Below are positions 49,151-60,200 of a stretch of DNA of 64,000 nt, one piece after another. The translations under genes were made by a program, and so were the position numbers. The notes beneath the pieces are model-generated. The model had not been told where the DNA came from. It searched no databases and saw only the letters and a list, made by a program, of their open reading frames with translations. Positions within the stretch are counted from its first letter, which is position 1, and every line of letters starts with the position of its first letter. The DNA lies in NCBI GenBank assembly GCA_043228905.1, contig JBHGNT010000009.1, positions 15,810,001 through 15,874,000 of the forward strand, read 5' to 3'. This DNA comes from Azolla caroliniana (taxonomy: Eukaryota; Plantae; Polypodiophyta).

Positions 49151-50710
49151 TGTCGCGAAGTTTCGCGCGCGTGTGTTACTTGGGCGGGACCACAGGGGTC
49201 TTGGACTAGGGAGTACTCAAGGGATAAATATTTATTTATTTATTTATTTTAAATCTTATAAATATAAAGCACTCTTCGAACCCACTCTACGAACCCACTC
49301 TACGAACCCACTCTACGAACCCTCTCTATGAATCCTCTCTACGAACCCACTCTACGAACCCACTCTAGGAACCCTCTCTACGAATCCTCTCTACGAATCC
49401 TCTCTACGAACCCTCTCTACGAACCCACTCTACGAACCCTCTCTACGAACCCTCTCTACAAACCCACTCTACGAATCCTCTCCGAGCAAGGGCTCGTTGC
49501 CCTTTGTTTTGTGAGGTCGGTGGTTTTTGTTGATCATGACTCGTTGACCTTTCGAGATCACCGCACGAGTCAACTGATCAAATGGGTATAAGCAAAGATG
49601 AGCACGCAAGATGAACGCACAAGGGGACGATAACACAAACACGAATGCCTGTACGTCTTTATGAGGAGGAGAGGTGCATGGGCACGCCCGAAATGCTCCC
49701 TCGTCACAAGACAGCCGAACGTACAAGGAAGACACGAACAAGAAAGAAAGAAAGAAGGAAAGAAACATGAATGATATCGGCCAAAGAAATAAATATGTGT
49801 TCGATTCCAACTCAAGAGGACCCTTTATAAAATAGGGTTTGATTACAATGGCAACTTCTAGTTAACCACCAGCTCAATCAAAACATAAATACTAAATGCC
49901 CTTAGAGACAAGAGAAAATCCGAACACGACGAAGATGAACACACGAGCACCACCAAAATGCCAACCCCAACGAACCATGACCACCCGAATGGCGAGCACA
50001 CGGGCTTGCAACGACAAACGGGGCGAAGCAACATTGAACCAACGAAGCTTGGGCTCACGAGCACTTCAAGTGCCGACGCGAAGAAGACGAGCATGTGGCG
50101 ATGAGGGGATGAACGGGTATGAGATGAAGAGAAGTGGTGAAGAAGAAGATGAAGAGCTCCAAAGGAAAAATGGCGATAGTCTCCTCCTCCCAAAACGTCT
50201 TCCCCTAAATGAGCCCCCCTCGACCTCCTTTTATAGGGAAAAAAAGAAGGGGGGGGTCGCCAATTTTGTCTTCAATGCAAAAGGATAAAATTCCTTAAAT
50301 CACGCTGCATTGTAAGACTAGATTTGAACTATGCACCTCTAGCTAGAAGTCAATGTTACTATACACTAGCCCATTAACTCTCTCTTATATAATATATAAT
50401 TCTATCTTTATAAATTCTTAGCTTGTCTCCCCTCTACTTTTTATCTCTCCTCTCTCTTACTTTTTACACGAGCTCACTACTCCCTACACCCATTCTTCAT
50501 GTACTTTCCTCTAGTCTACAAAGTGCACATCACCTTTATGCCTCTACGAACCTCATGGTGCACCTTTAGCACCTTAGATTATTACCCTTCCCCTTACATT
50601 TGTTATCTTTTTCTCATTATACAAATTTACAAGTGCATGTGCAATGTTGCACATCCCCATTTTATTTGTCCTACCCGAGTTTCTCACCGTAGTCGGAAAT
50701 CTTCACGACA
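49151..50710. mobile_element. 1.56-kb solo-LTR-like insertion in Copia A2
   Basis: Termini TGTCGCGAAG / CTTCACGACA (imperfect 10-bp inverted repeat), TSD ACGT/ATGT; the host frame ERNV|SKGVLDVIHSDVWG is restored across it. Confidence 0.85.
49271..49483. repeat. Minisatellite, ~16 copies of 13-bp CTCTACGAA(C/T)CC(A/T)
   Basis: Direct reading; contiguous units with no spacers. Confidence 0.95.
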
Positions 50711-53700
50711 ATGTGAGCAAAGGCGTACTTGACGTAATTCATTCCGATGTATGGGGTTCGGCTCAGACGACTACATTCGGTGTATGCTGATACTACGTGG
50801 CCTTCATCGACGACTTCTCCAGGCACACCTGGATCTACCCCATGTGGCAAAAGAGCGAAGTGTTCGGACACTTCCAAAAGTTTAAGAATGAAGTCGAGAA
50901 AGCCACGGGCCGACATGTACGATGCCTTTGATAAGATGGAGGCAAGGAATATTTCTCAGATGAGTTTACATGTATCTACGGAAAGAAGGAATTCGACGAG
51001 AGTTTTCGTGTCGACATACGCCACACCCAACAGAGTGGCCGAACAAAAGAATCGGCACATCTTCGAAGTAGCACGGGCCATGATGAACGAAAAGCACATG
51101 GCGAAGTCGTATTGGGCAAAAGCGGCTAACACGGTCGTATACCTCATGAATTGGTATACGAAATCGGGTGTGCACGAACTTACTCCACACGAGATGTTTT
51201 ATGGAAAGAAGTTGGACCTATCACATGTTTGGATATTCGGCCCCATTGCATACGTGCACATCCCCGACGAGAAGAGACAAAAGCTAGACCCGAAGTCAGA
51301 GAAATGTATCCTCTTAGGATACTCACTGGAGCAAAAGGGGTACAAGTGCTATAACCCCTCAACTCGAAAATCTCGAGTAAGTCGAGATGTCGTTTTAAAC
51401 AAATCCGCATCCTGGTACGCACTAGAGACAACTTTGACTTCGATTCCGCTCGACCCGGGATCCGCCGAAATTGAGATAGAAGCCGAAGATCGGCTCATGC
51501 ACATGTTCGAAGAAAGCTCAATTATGACAAGGCTTAGTGGGCCAAAAGAGCCCCTGAGTGATCAAATCACATCTCGGCAGAGTCCGAAGCTGGACAAAGG
51601 GAAGGCGAAAATGCCGGAGTATGAAGACGATCACTTCGATGGCAACAAATCGACTCACTCCCTCGATAGTGAGTTTGAAGGCCTTGACATCCGGACAACT
51701 GGAGCGAAGAAAGTCTTAGTATCCAAAAACGAGAAGCTCCACCGATCCACACATGAAAAGAACCTCGTAAGCCGATTCGACTACAACGATTATATGGTGT
51801 ACCATTACGCCTTTATGATGAAGGTAGCAACGGTATGGGAGCCGGAAACCTTTTCCGAAGCCGTGAAGGACCCACGATGGATTGAAGCAATGAACGAGGA
51901 GATGGAAACACTTTGCAAGAATGAAACATGGAATCTCGTTTCCCACTCATCGCACAAGATGGTGATAGGTTGTAGATGGATCTACAAGGTGAAGTATAAC
52001 ACCAACGGCTCCGTAAACCGCCACAAAGGTCAACTTGTAGTGAAAGGATACACACAAACACATGGAGTCGACTATGAAGAGACATTTGCCCCGGTGGCAA
52101 AGATGACAACTGTGCGGACCGTAATTGCACTCGCAGTGGCGAAAGGGTGACACCTCCATCAGATGGACGTAAAGAACACCTTTCTTTAAGGCGAATTAGG
52201 AGAGGAGGTATACATGGCACAACCACCCGACTTCGAATCGCGTACTCATCCGAAAGCTGTGTGCCGACTCAAGAAGCCACTCTACGGCCTCAAGCAAGCA
52301 CCATGTGCTTGGCATTCGAAGATTACGCAATATCTTGATCAAATGCTTTCAAATGTTGAAATCTAACAACTCTCTCTACGTACGAAACGACTCTAGAAGC
52401 TCGATTGTCATCATCCTATACGTGGATGATCAGGTTATTGGAGGTGAGCATTTAGTCGACATCAACAAGGTGAAGTCCCTCCTCTCCAACAAATTCGAGA
52501 TGACGGACATGAAGGAACTTCATTACTTTCTTGGAATCGTAGTAATTCGGATTCCGACCGGCACTATGATCTCTCAACGACACTACATTCTCAACTTATT
52601 ATACAAGTTCGGGATGGTTGAGTGCAAATCTGTGGCAACCCCTCTCAATCGAAACCTCAAACTAGATGCTGACTCCGCCACAAACGAGTGTGAGCCGATT
52701 CAATATCGACAACTAATCGGGAGCCTCATCTATCTCACGATCACGCGACCCAACCTCGACTATCCGGTCAGCCTCCTTAGCCAATTCATGCAAACTCTAC
52801 GAGATATCCATTTCAATCGTGCAAAGCGAGTATTACGATACGTGAGTGGCACAATGGATTACGACATCCTCTACGCATCGGCCACACCAATTCAACTCGA
52901 AGGGTACACGGAAGCCGACTGGGCCGGCTACAGAGCTAATCGACGATCGATCTCTGTATTTGTCTTCTCGCTCGATAGCGGAGCAATATCTTGGAGTAGT
53001 AAGAAGCAACCTACCATCGCACTTTCGAGTACAGAGGCCGAATACAGGGGCGTAGTCGTAGCTGCCTATGAAGCTGTATGGTTCAAGAGGATTTTGAAGG
53101 AATTGGGTGTTCCCATCAAGGATCTAACTCCCATTTACTGCGACAACATGAGCAGTATATATCTAGCTCGTAACTCAGTGTTCCATGCACACACAAAACA
53201 TATTGAAGTGCACTACCACTTCATTCGAGAGCATGTTCAGGACGGAGATGTTGATCTTCTACACATCAACACAAATCTTCAAACAACTGACATCTTCACC
53301 AAGGCCCTAGGAGCTCACAAGCTTCGGCAATTCATGTCAGAACTTGGATTGATGATCCTTGACTTGCCAAGTTTGAGGGGGAGTACAAGCGAGAACCGGA
53401 TACCGTCCGAACCGGGTACGAGCGGAAGCAGACACCGGAGATTGTCCAAACTAGATACCAGCCGAAGCGGACATCAATCGAAAGGAACCAACGCAAGTTG
53501 AGCTTGAGGGGGCGTGTTGAGAATCAAGCTGAACATAGTGCAACGTGTGAACACACCTTTGAGAATCTATGATTACTCAAAGGTCAAGAGTCACACCACT
53601 ACTCTCTACACATTAACTATGTGTCATAGAATATGATTCTATGACACATAACTAATGAGTTACATATTCCTCATGACTATGAGTCTTCACATTCCCCAAG

Positions 53701-54024
53701 AGAGAGTGGTTGTTGTAGTTAGTTAATGAAGAGAGAGGGTGACTATATATAAAGCACCCTTCTCCTACTTTATAGTAAGTCGATTGTGACTCCTTGTTAT
53801 GCTACATTTTGTAAATCTTATTCTACTTGTGAAATATACACCTTATTCTTGAGTATTCTATTTTTCCTCTCATTTATCTATCTCGAGTTCTCTTTTCTCT
53901 CCTCTCTTTTTCTCTCACACATATATGCACATAATGCACATCTATTCCGCTGCACAAGAATCACCATTGATTCTTTACACTTTGATGTACTTCGTTTGCT
54001 AACTAATGGGACGTAGTGGTTATT

Positions 54025-54492
54025 TGGAAAAGAAGGCCAAACAAGTGTTACTACTTTTATGATGTCATGAAAATATGCGCTTCCTAGATTTACATCTGGT
54101 ATATCCTCTACAAATAAAACATTTTGATATCTTCATCAGCATTTTTATCAAGTTGCTTTTAATACTTTTAAACATTGTCTACTTTCATATTTTTACTTGT
54201 TCATGCCTTAACAAAAGCCATTTCATTGATAGATGTCGACTCCACATTCACATCAACATTTGCACAACTAATATCAGATACCATTTTTTGTACTTCAGCT
54301 TTTATGACAACATCAATTTGACGACATTTGTTAAACACCTAAACCTTTCAAGCCCAATATATGAGCTCTATTTATAAATGGGCCACCAACAAATACATGG
54401 TGGCAATGTTTACATTGAATGACAAACATACCCTTATCAAGTTTTCTCACAACAATCACATGATCCTATTCAATGCCCTTTTGTTTCACCAT
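54025..54492 (-). pseudogene. hAT transposase pseudogene, N-terminal part (BED zinc finger)
   Basis: MVKQKGIE*DHVIVV..IQCKHCHHVFVGG..RAHILGLKGLGV and LDKNADEDIKMFYL..AYFHDIIKVV, leading into the part that resumes at 31110. Confidence 0.72.
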
Positions 54493-56042
54493 AATTTTTT
54501 AGTAAATTAACTGCACACAAATATTAGAACTAGAATAACAAAACCTAAAACTATACATATGCAAAGGTCTTAGTCTCAACATTGAACTTATTCGACTCCT
54601 TTTCTTCAATTGACATGAACGATTCCTTGTAAAAGAATACGTGTGCGGAAGCGTATGCGTAAGACACTGAGTACACGATTCGGAAGTACGACAGTTCAGT
54701 AAAACACAGAAATCACAGAGAAGGAGAGAGGGTAGAAAACGTAACTATATTAAAAAATAATTATCTGTATATTCTTTGTACATACTTGGTGCTTAGTGAG
54801 CACCTTTTATACAAGCCCTGACTATCGGGCTGACACAAGTACTTACAGTACCTGACCGCTCATAAATGAGCATCCCACACTTACCCCCAAAATTATTCCT
54901 TCAGAGGAATAACATTCTAACGGCCTCTCGGTTTACATACCGCTACAACCATATTTTGCGTACGATTTTACGCAGCCAGTCTACGCACGGGGTTACACAC
55001 CCAATGTTGAGCTTGTTTGATCATTCCAACTAGACATAAATTGACTGATCATTCCAACTAGATAGCTGAGGTATGGCCGAGTGATCGTCAAGTAGATGAG
55101 GCTTCCGACAATCTGTCGAAACCATGTTGGGCCGCACACCTTTCCCGAATCTCGGCGAAACTTTACGTTTCTATCTAGAGGGGTCGAGATGGGCTTACAA
55201 TCTGCCATCCCAAACTTGAAGAGCATATTCAACGCGTAATGACGCTGACTGATCAATATGGCTTCGGGGGAACGGATCACTTCAATCCCGAGGAAGTAAT
55301 GAAGGTCGCCAAGATCCTTCATTTCGAACGATGCCGCAAGCAAAGACTTTACGCAGCCGAATTCTTCTAGGTTGGCACCAGCGATGACTAAATCATCAAC
55401 ATAATGTAAAAGACAAACCGAGCCATGTCGACCTTGCCTAACGAACAATGAGGAGTCCGTCCGACTTTGATGTCATAAACCCCATTCTACACAATCGTTG
55501 CGTAATCTTCGTGTTCCAGTTCACGGGGCTTGCTTATGTCATGGCAAGACTCGAACCCATGACTTTATGCTACATGGGTCGAGCTCTTACCATTAGATTA
55601 AGAATTGTATTTTGTAGGATATTATTTTCATTTATACTTTATCATAGAAAATTGATGTATATTCCAGATCTCTCTGGAACATTCTAGAAGCTTCAAGATT
55701 ATTCCTAAAAACACTATAAAAGGAGGCACAAGGCATTGTTTTGAACCAAATTGGTTCAACGCCAGTCTTAAGCCTCTTAGCCGCTTGTACTTATCTTTTC
55801 ACATAATATATAGTTGCTGTCATCATCTCTCTCTCTCATTCTCGCTATCTCTCTCTCTCTCTCCTCTTCTCACTTCCTCTCTCGGGAATCTTACGCAGTC
55901 CCGTCCTCTTAGTACTAATAGTACTGTTGTTCTTAGTACTAATTCCATCTCTGTTTTAGTACTATTCCTGACAGTTTGAACCAAATTTTCCCTCTAGCCT
56001 ACTTGTCACTCTCCCTCATCCTCCTACCCTTTTCCCTATACT

Positions 56043-57116
56043 ATGGCTACGGTTAGCGCCCAAGAATACCAATCCGTTTTCTCCGAGCTACAGTGCCTAA
56101 AAGAAAAGTTTGTTGCCCTGGAACAAGAAAACCAACGGCTGATAGGGGATCTGCAACAAATCGCTCTGGAAAAACAACAAACGCAACAACAACATGGGGA
56201 GTTAGCGTTACGGGTACAACAACTCGAAGCAGCGTTGCAACAACAAGGATCCAGTCCCCAAGGATTTCATAAAGAGCCCAAGATTGGACTTCCTGTGAAA
56301 TTTGATGGAACGCGTTCGCAATTCCGGGGATTCCTTAATCAGGTACGCTTAGTCATCCAGATGCATCCTTCCCGATATCCCACTGATGCATCTCGAGTCG
56401 GCCTAATAGGCACGCTACTTAGCGGCTCAGCCTTGGCACGGTTTGCTCCGCTTCTAGAAAAACAATCACCCTTACTTAATAACTTTGAAGATTTTATTGG
56501 TGAGTTTAAAGCCTGCTTTGGAGACACCGACAGCATCAGGACGGCGATCAACAAGATCCGGCGATTGCGTCAAGGCGATCGTCCAGCCTCTGCCTACGCG
56601 GCGGATTTCCGCCTACTTGCTTCAGATATACCCTGGGATGATCAAGCACTAATGGAGCAGTTTCGCTATGGCTTGCGAAACGATGTCAAAGATCTACTTC
56701 TAACTTTCCCCGAAGAACCAAAGTCTCTTACGGAGGCAATCAGTCGAGCAGTTCGATGTGACAACCGCCTTTTTGAACGGCGTTCAGAACGTCAATTACA
56801 GATACCACGCTCTAGGCCAGAGCCCACTTACGCCGCAGTCGCGGCTAAACCGTTTGCACGAGACACACCTCAAGCAAATACTTCGACACCGATGGAGATC
56901 GATACCATGCGTCGACGCGGCCCGTTATCGGAAGAAGAAAAGCAACGACGACGTGCCAATCGATTATGTCTTTATTGCGGTGGACCAGGACATATCGCCA
57001 TCAATTGTCCCCATAGGCCAAGAAGACAGGTAAATCAAATCGTCGCCTGTACTAAACCCGAGTCAATTCTTCCCTTCGGAGTGTCTGATAGTAGTAATAG
57101 TACTAATAGAGTGTGA
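56043..57116 (+). CDS. gag: Chromovirus Gag (coiled-coil N-terminus, capsid, CCHC knuckle)
   Basis: 357 aa; PVKFDGTR..FLNQ, LRQG..SAYAADF, PMEID, CLYCGGPGHIAINC (PEG10/sushi-like Gag). Confidence 0.95.
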   Translation: MATVSAQEYQSVFSELQCLKEKFVALEQENQRLIGDLQQIALEKQQTQQQHGELALRVQQLEAALQQQGSSPQGFHKEPKIGLPVKFDGTRSQFRGFLNQVRLVIQMHPSRYPTDASRVGLIGTLLSGSALARFAPLLEKQSPLLNNFEDFIGEFKACFGDTDSIRTAINKIRRLRQGDRPASAYAADFRLLASDIPWDDQALMEQFRYGLRNDVKDLLLTFPEEPKSLTEAISRAVRCDNRLFERRSERQLQIPRSRPEPTYAAVAAKPFARDTPQANTSTPMEIDTMRRRGPLSEEEKQRRRANRLCLYCGGPGHIAINCPHRPRRQVNQIVACTKPESILPFGVSDSSNSTNRV

Positions 57117-57187
57117 GATAGTATTCATAGTACTAATAGCCCAAGTATCTCAAATAAATTTGAAATCCTTAGTCAATTAGATGAAGA

Positions 57188-57232
57188 GTTAAACGATTGA
57201 GTCCAGCCAAAATAGGAGCCATTTGGTTGGAC
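57188..57232 (+). promoter_or_regulatory. Predicted -1 ribosomal frameshift signal (G_UUA_AAC, 6-nt spacer, 11-bp stem)
   Basis: Heptamer at 57188-57194 in the gag frame; stem GTCCAGCCAAA/TTTGGTTGGAC at 57201-57232; identical at 44207-44251. Confidence 0.7.
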
Positions 57233-60200
57233 AGTAGCCCTAGATCTGTACAGCCCATTAGTGGTTCCATTCCTTCCAAGCAAGTTAGCAATGTGTTCCT
57301 AGCCCAAGTCATTGTTAGTACTAAAAGTACTCCCCCAGTACCCGTCCTAGCACTTTTAGATTCCGGAGCTAATTCCTGTTTCATGGATCGAAATTTTGCC
57401 CAAGCTTCTCAGATATCCTTAAGAAAACTTCCTCGTCCCGCATCTGTAGTGGTCATTGATGGTCGTCCCATTGCTTCCGGGAATATTGTAGAAGAATCAG
57501 AACCCATTCAAGTTGTCCTAGGTAGTTTTGTGTGTATAATATCATTTAATATAATTAGTAGTCCAGAGCATCCCATTGTCCTAGGATTACCTTGGCTTGA
57601 ATTACATAATCCAGCCATAGATTGGAGAACAAGAGAAGTCCGATATCGACCACCCCAAGAATCAACTCACCGAGTTTCGACCATTTCACTCCATCAACTA
57701 CGCGAAGAAGGACCCAAGGAGGCAATGTTCCTATTTGCCATATCAGTACATCCTTCTAGCACTATTAAGAAGGACTCCTCAATACAACTTCCGGCAAAAT
57801 ATCATCCTTATGCCGATGTATTTGACAAGGTAAAAGCCGGTACCCTTCCTCATCACCGTCCCTATGACTGTCCCATCGATTTACAACCAGGAACCGAGCC
57901 ACCATGGGGACCAATTTACAACTTGTCACCCACCGAGTTAGAAGTCCTTCGAGCCTACATAGAGGAGAACTTGGCAAGCGGGTTCATCCGTCATTCGAAA
58001 TCTCCGGCCGGTGCACCCATCTTCTTTGTCAAGAAGAAAGATGGCTCACTTCGTCTTGTCGTTGATTACCGCGGATTGAATAAAGTCACCATCCGGAATA
58101 GGTATGCACTTCCTCTTATATCAAGTCTTTTAGAGCGAGTTAATGGTGCCAAGTTTTTTACTAAAATCGACCTACGAGGAGCGTATAATCTCGTGCGGAT
58201 CCGACCGGGAGATGAGTGGAAGACCGCTTTTCGCACGCGGTATGGGCATTTCGAGTATACTGTTATGCCGTTTGGCCTAACCAATGCACCCGCAGTCTTC
58301 CAACACATGGCAAATGATATATTCAGAGACCTCTTGGATATCTGTTTGATCATTTATCTGGATGATCTGTTGATTTATTCGAAGACCCAGGAAGAGCACG
58401 ATTCTCATGTACTATTAGTACTAAAGCGACTCCGCGAGAATGGTCTTTATGCCAAGCTAGAGAAATGTAGCTTTGACTGCAAGCAAGTGGAATTTCTAGG
58501 CTACGTCATCTCCTCAAAGGGCATCGCCATGGATCCAGCTAAAATCCAAACTGTACTAGAGTGCCAAATTCCACGGTCGGTACGAGATGTACAATGTTTT
58601 CTAGGCTTTGCTAACTTCTACCGTAAGTTTATACAGGATTACTCGAAGATTATTGTACCTCTCACACAACTTACGAAGAAGGGCCAAGCATTTCTTTGGT
58701 CCATCGAAGCAGATATGGCTTTTCGGCATCTTAAGAAAGCCTTTACATCAGCACCGATTCTAGCTCATGTGGATACAAGCAAACCATTCATCATGGAGGC
58801 CGACGCATCAGATTTCGCCCTCGGTAGCATCCTTTCTCAACAAGGCGATAAAGAAGAGTTGCATCCGGTGGCTTTCCATTCGCGCAAATTCAATGTCGCA
58901 GAAATCAACTACGAAATACATGACAAGGAGTTATTAGCCATCGTGGATTCATTTGTACAATGGCGGCATTTCTTAGAGGGCTCTCCACATCAGGTCATTG
59001 TCTTTAGCGATCATAAAAATCTTGCTTATTTTCAGAACGCTCGCGTACTAAATCGACGGCAAGCTCGGTGGGCGCAATTCCTCACGCGTTTCAACTTCGA
59101 AATCACATATCGACCGGGGAAGCAGCAAGGAAAAGCAGATGCACTATCACGGCGTTCATATCTTGCACCTCGTCCTGGTGACGCAACATTTGATAATCAA
59201 AAGCAAGTAATCTTGGGACCAACACGATTGCACACGACGCGGATTTTTCACACCCCGATGGATTCACGGATTACCGATGACATACGTGCAACCTTGAAGA
59301 CGGATAGTTTTGCTCAAGACATCCTGGCGCACATTGATACTTCTCGGGCATCCTGTTCTCAGTCTCAACAACCAGGTATTGACTACCGACAATTCGAATA
59401 TCATGATGGTTTGTTATTCTTTAAAAAGCGCGTATATGTCCCCGATTGCTCCTGTCGCCTTCAAATCGTCCAACATTGTCACGACACCCATACGGCGGGA
59501 CATTTCGGTAGTACCAAGACGTTGGAGTTAGTGCAGCGATCTTTTTGGTGGCCCCACATGCGCCGTTTTGTCGACGACTACGTTCGGACCTGTGATGCTT
59601 GCTGCCGAGCAAAGATGCCACGACACCATCCATATGGCTTGTTGGAACCTTTACCAATTCCAAGTAAGCCATGGCAGTCTATTTGTCTTGATTTTATTAC
59701 AGATCTGCCGGTCTCGAAGGGGTTCGATGCTATCCTAACCGTCGTCGATCGATATACGAAGATGGCACATTTTGTGCCATGTACTAAAGCCATCACTAGC
59801 GAGGAAACCGCCGCTCTTGTTATGCGTGAGGTATTTCGGCATCATGGCCTACTAGACAGTATTATCAGTGACCGAGGCCCGCAATTTGTCTCCAAATTTT
59901 GGCAGCATCTCTTGAGGATGCTCAAGGTCTCCTGCAACCTCTCCTCCGGCTACCATCCTCAAACTGACGGACAGGCGGAACGAACAAACCAAACGTTGGA
60001 GCAATATCTCCGGTGTTTCCTGAGTTATCAACAGGACGATTGGGCCGAGATTCTCCACTTTGCGGAGTTTGCGTATAATAATGCTATTCACTCCTCGACT
60101 CGGGTCTCCCCATTTCTCGTTTATACCGGTTTCCATCCTCGCTGGTCGGTGATCGACACTCCGGAGCTACCTACCAACCCTCGTGCCGAGGACCATTTGG

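Larger units (their letters stand above)
31676..53979 (+). mobile_element. Full-length decayed Copia, family A copy A2, hosting nested insertions
   Basis: 465-bp LTRs 31676-32140 and 53515-53979, perfect TSD CTTTG, PBS TGGTATTAGAGC, PPT GAGGGGG; gag/PR 32306-33825, IN/RT/RH 50715-53501. Confidence 0.97.

Noticed and set aside
49271-49483. CRISPR-like array
   Set aside because: Contiguous 13-bp units with no unique spacers, no cas genes and a eukaryotic context; it is a minisatellite.
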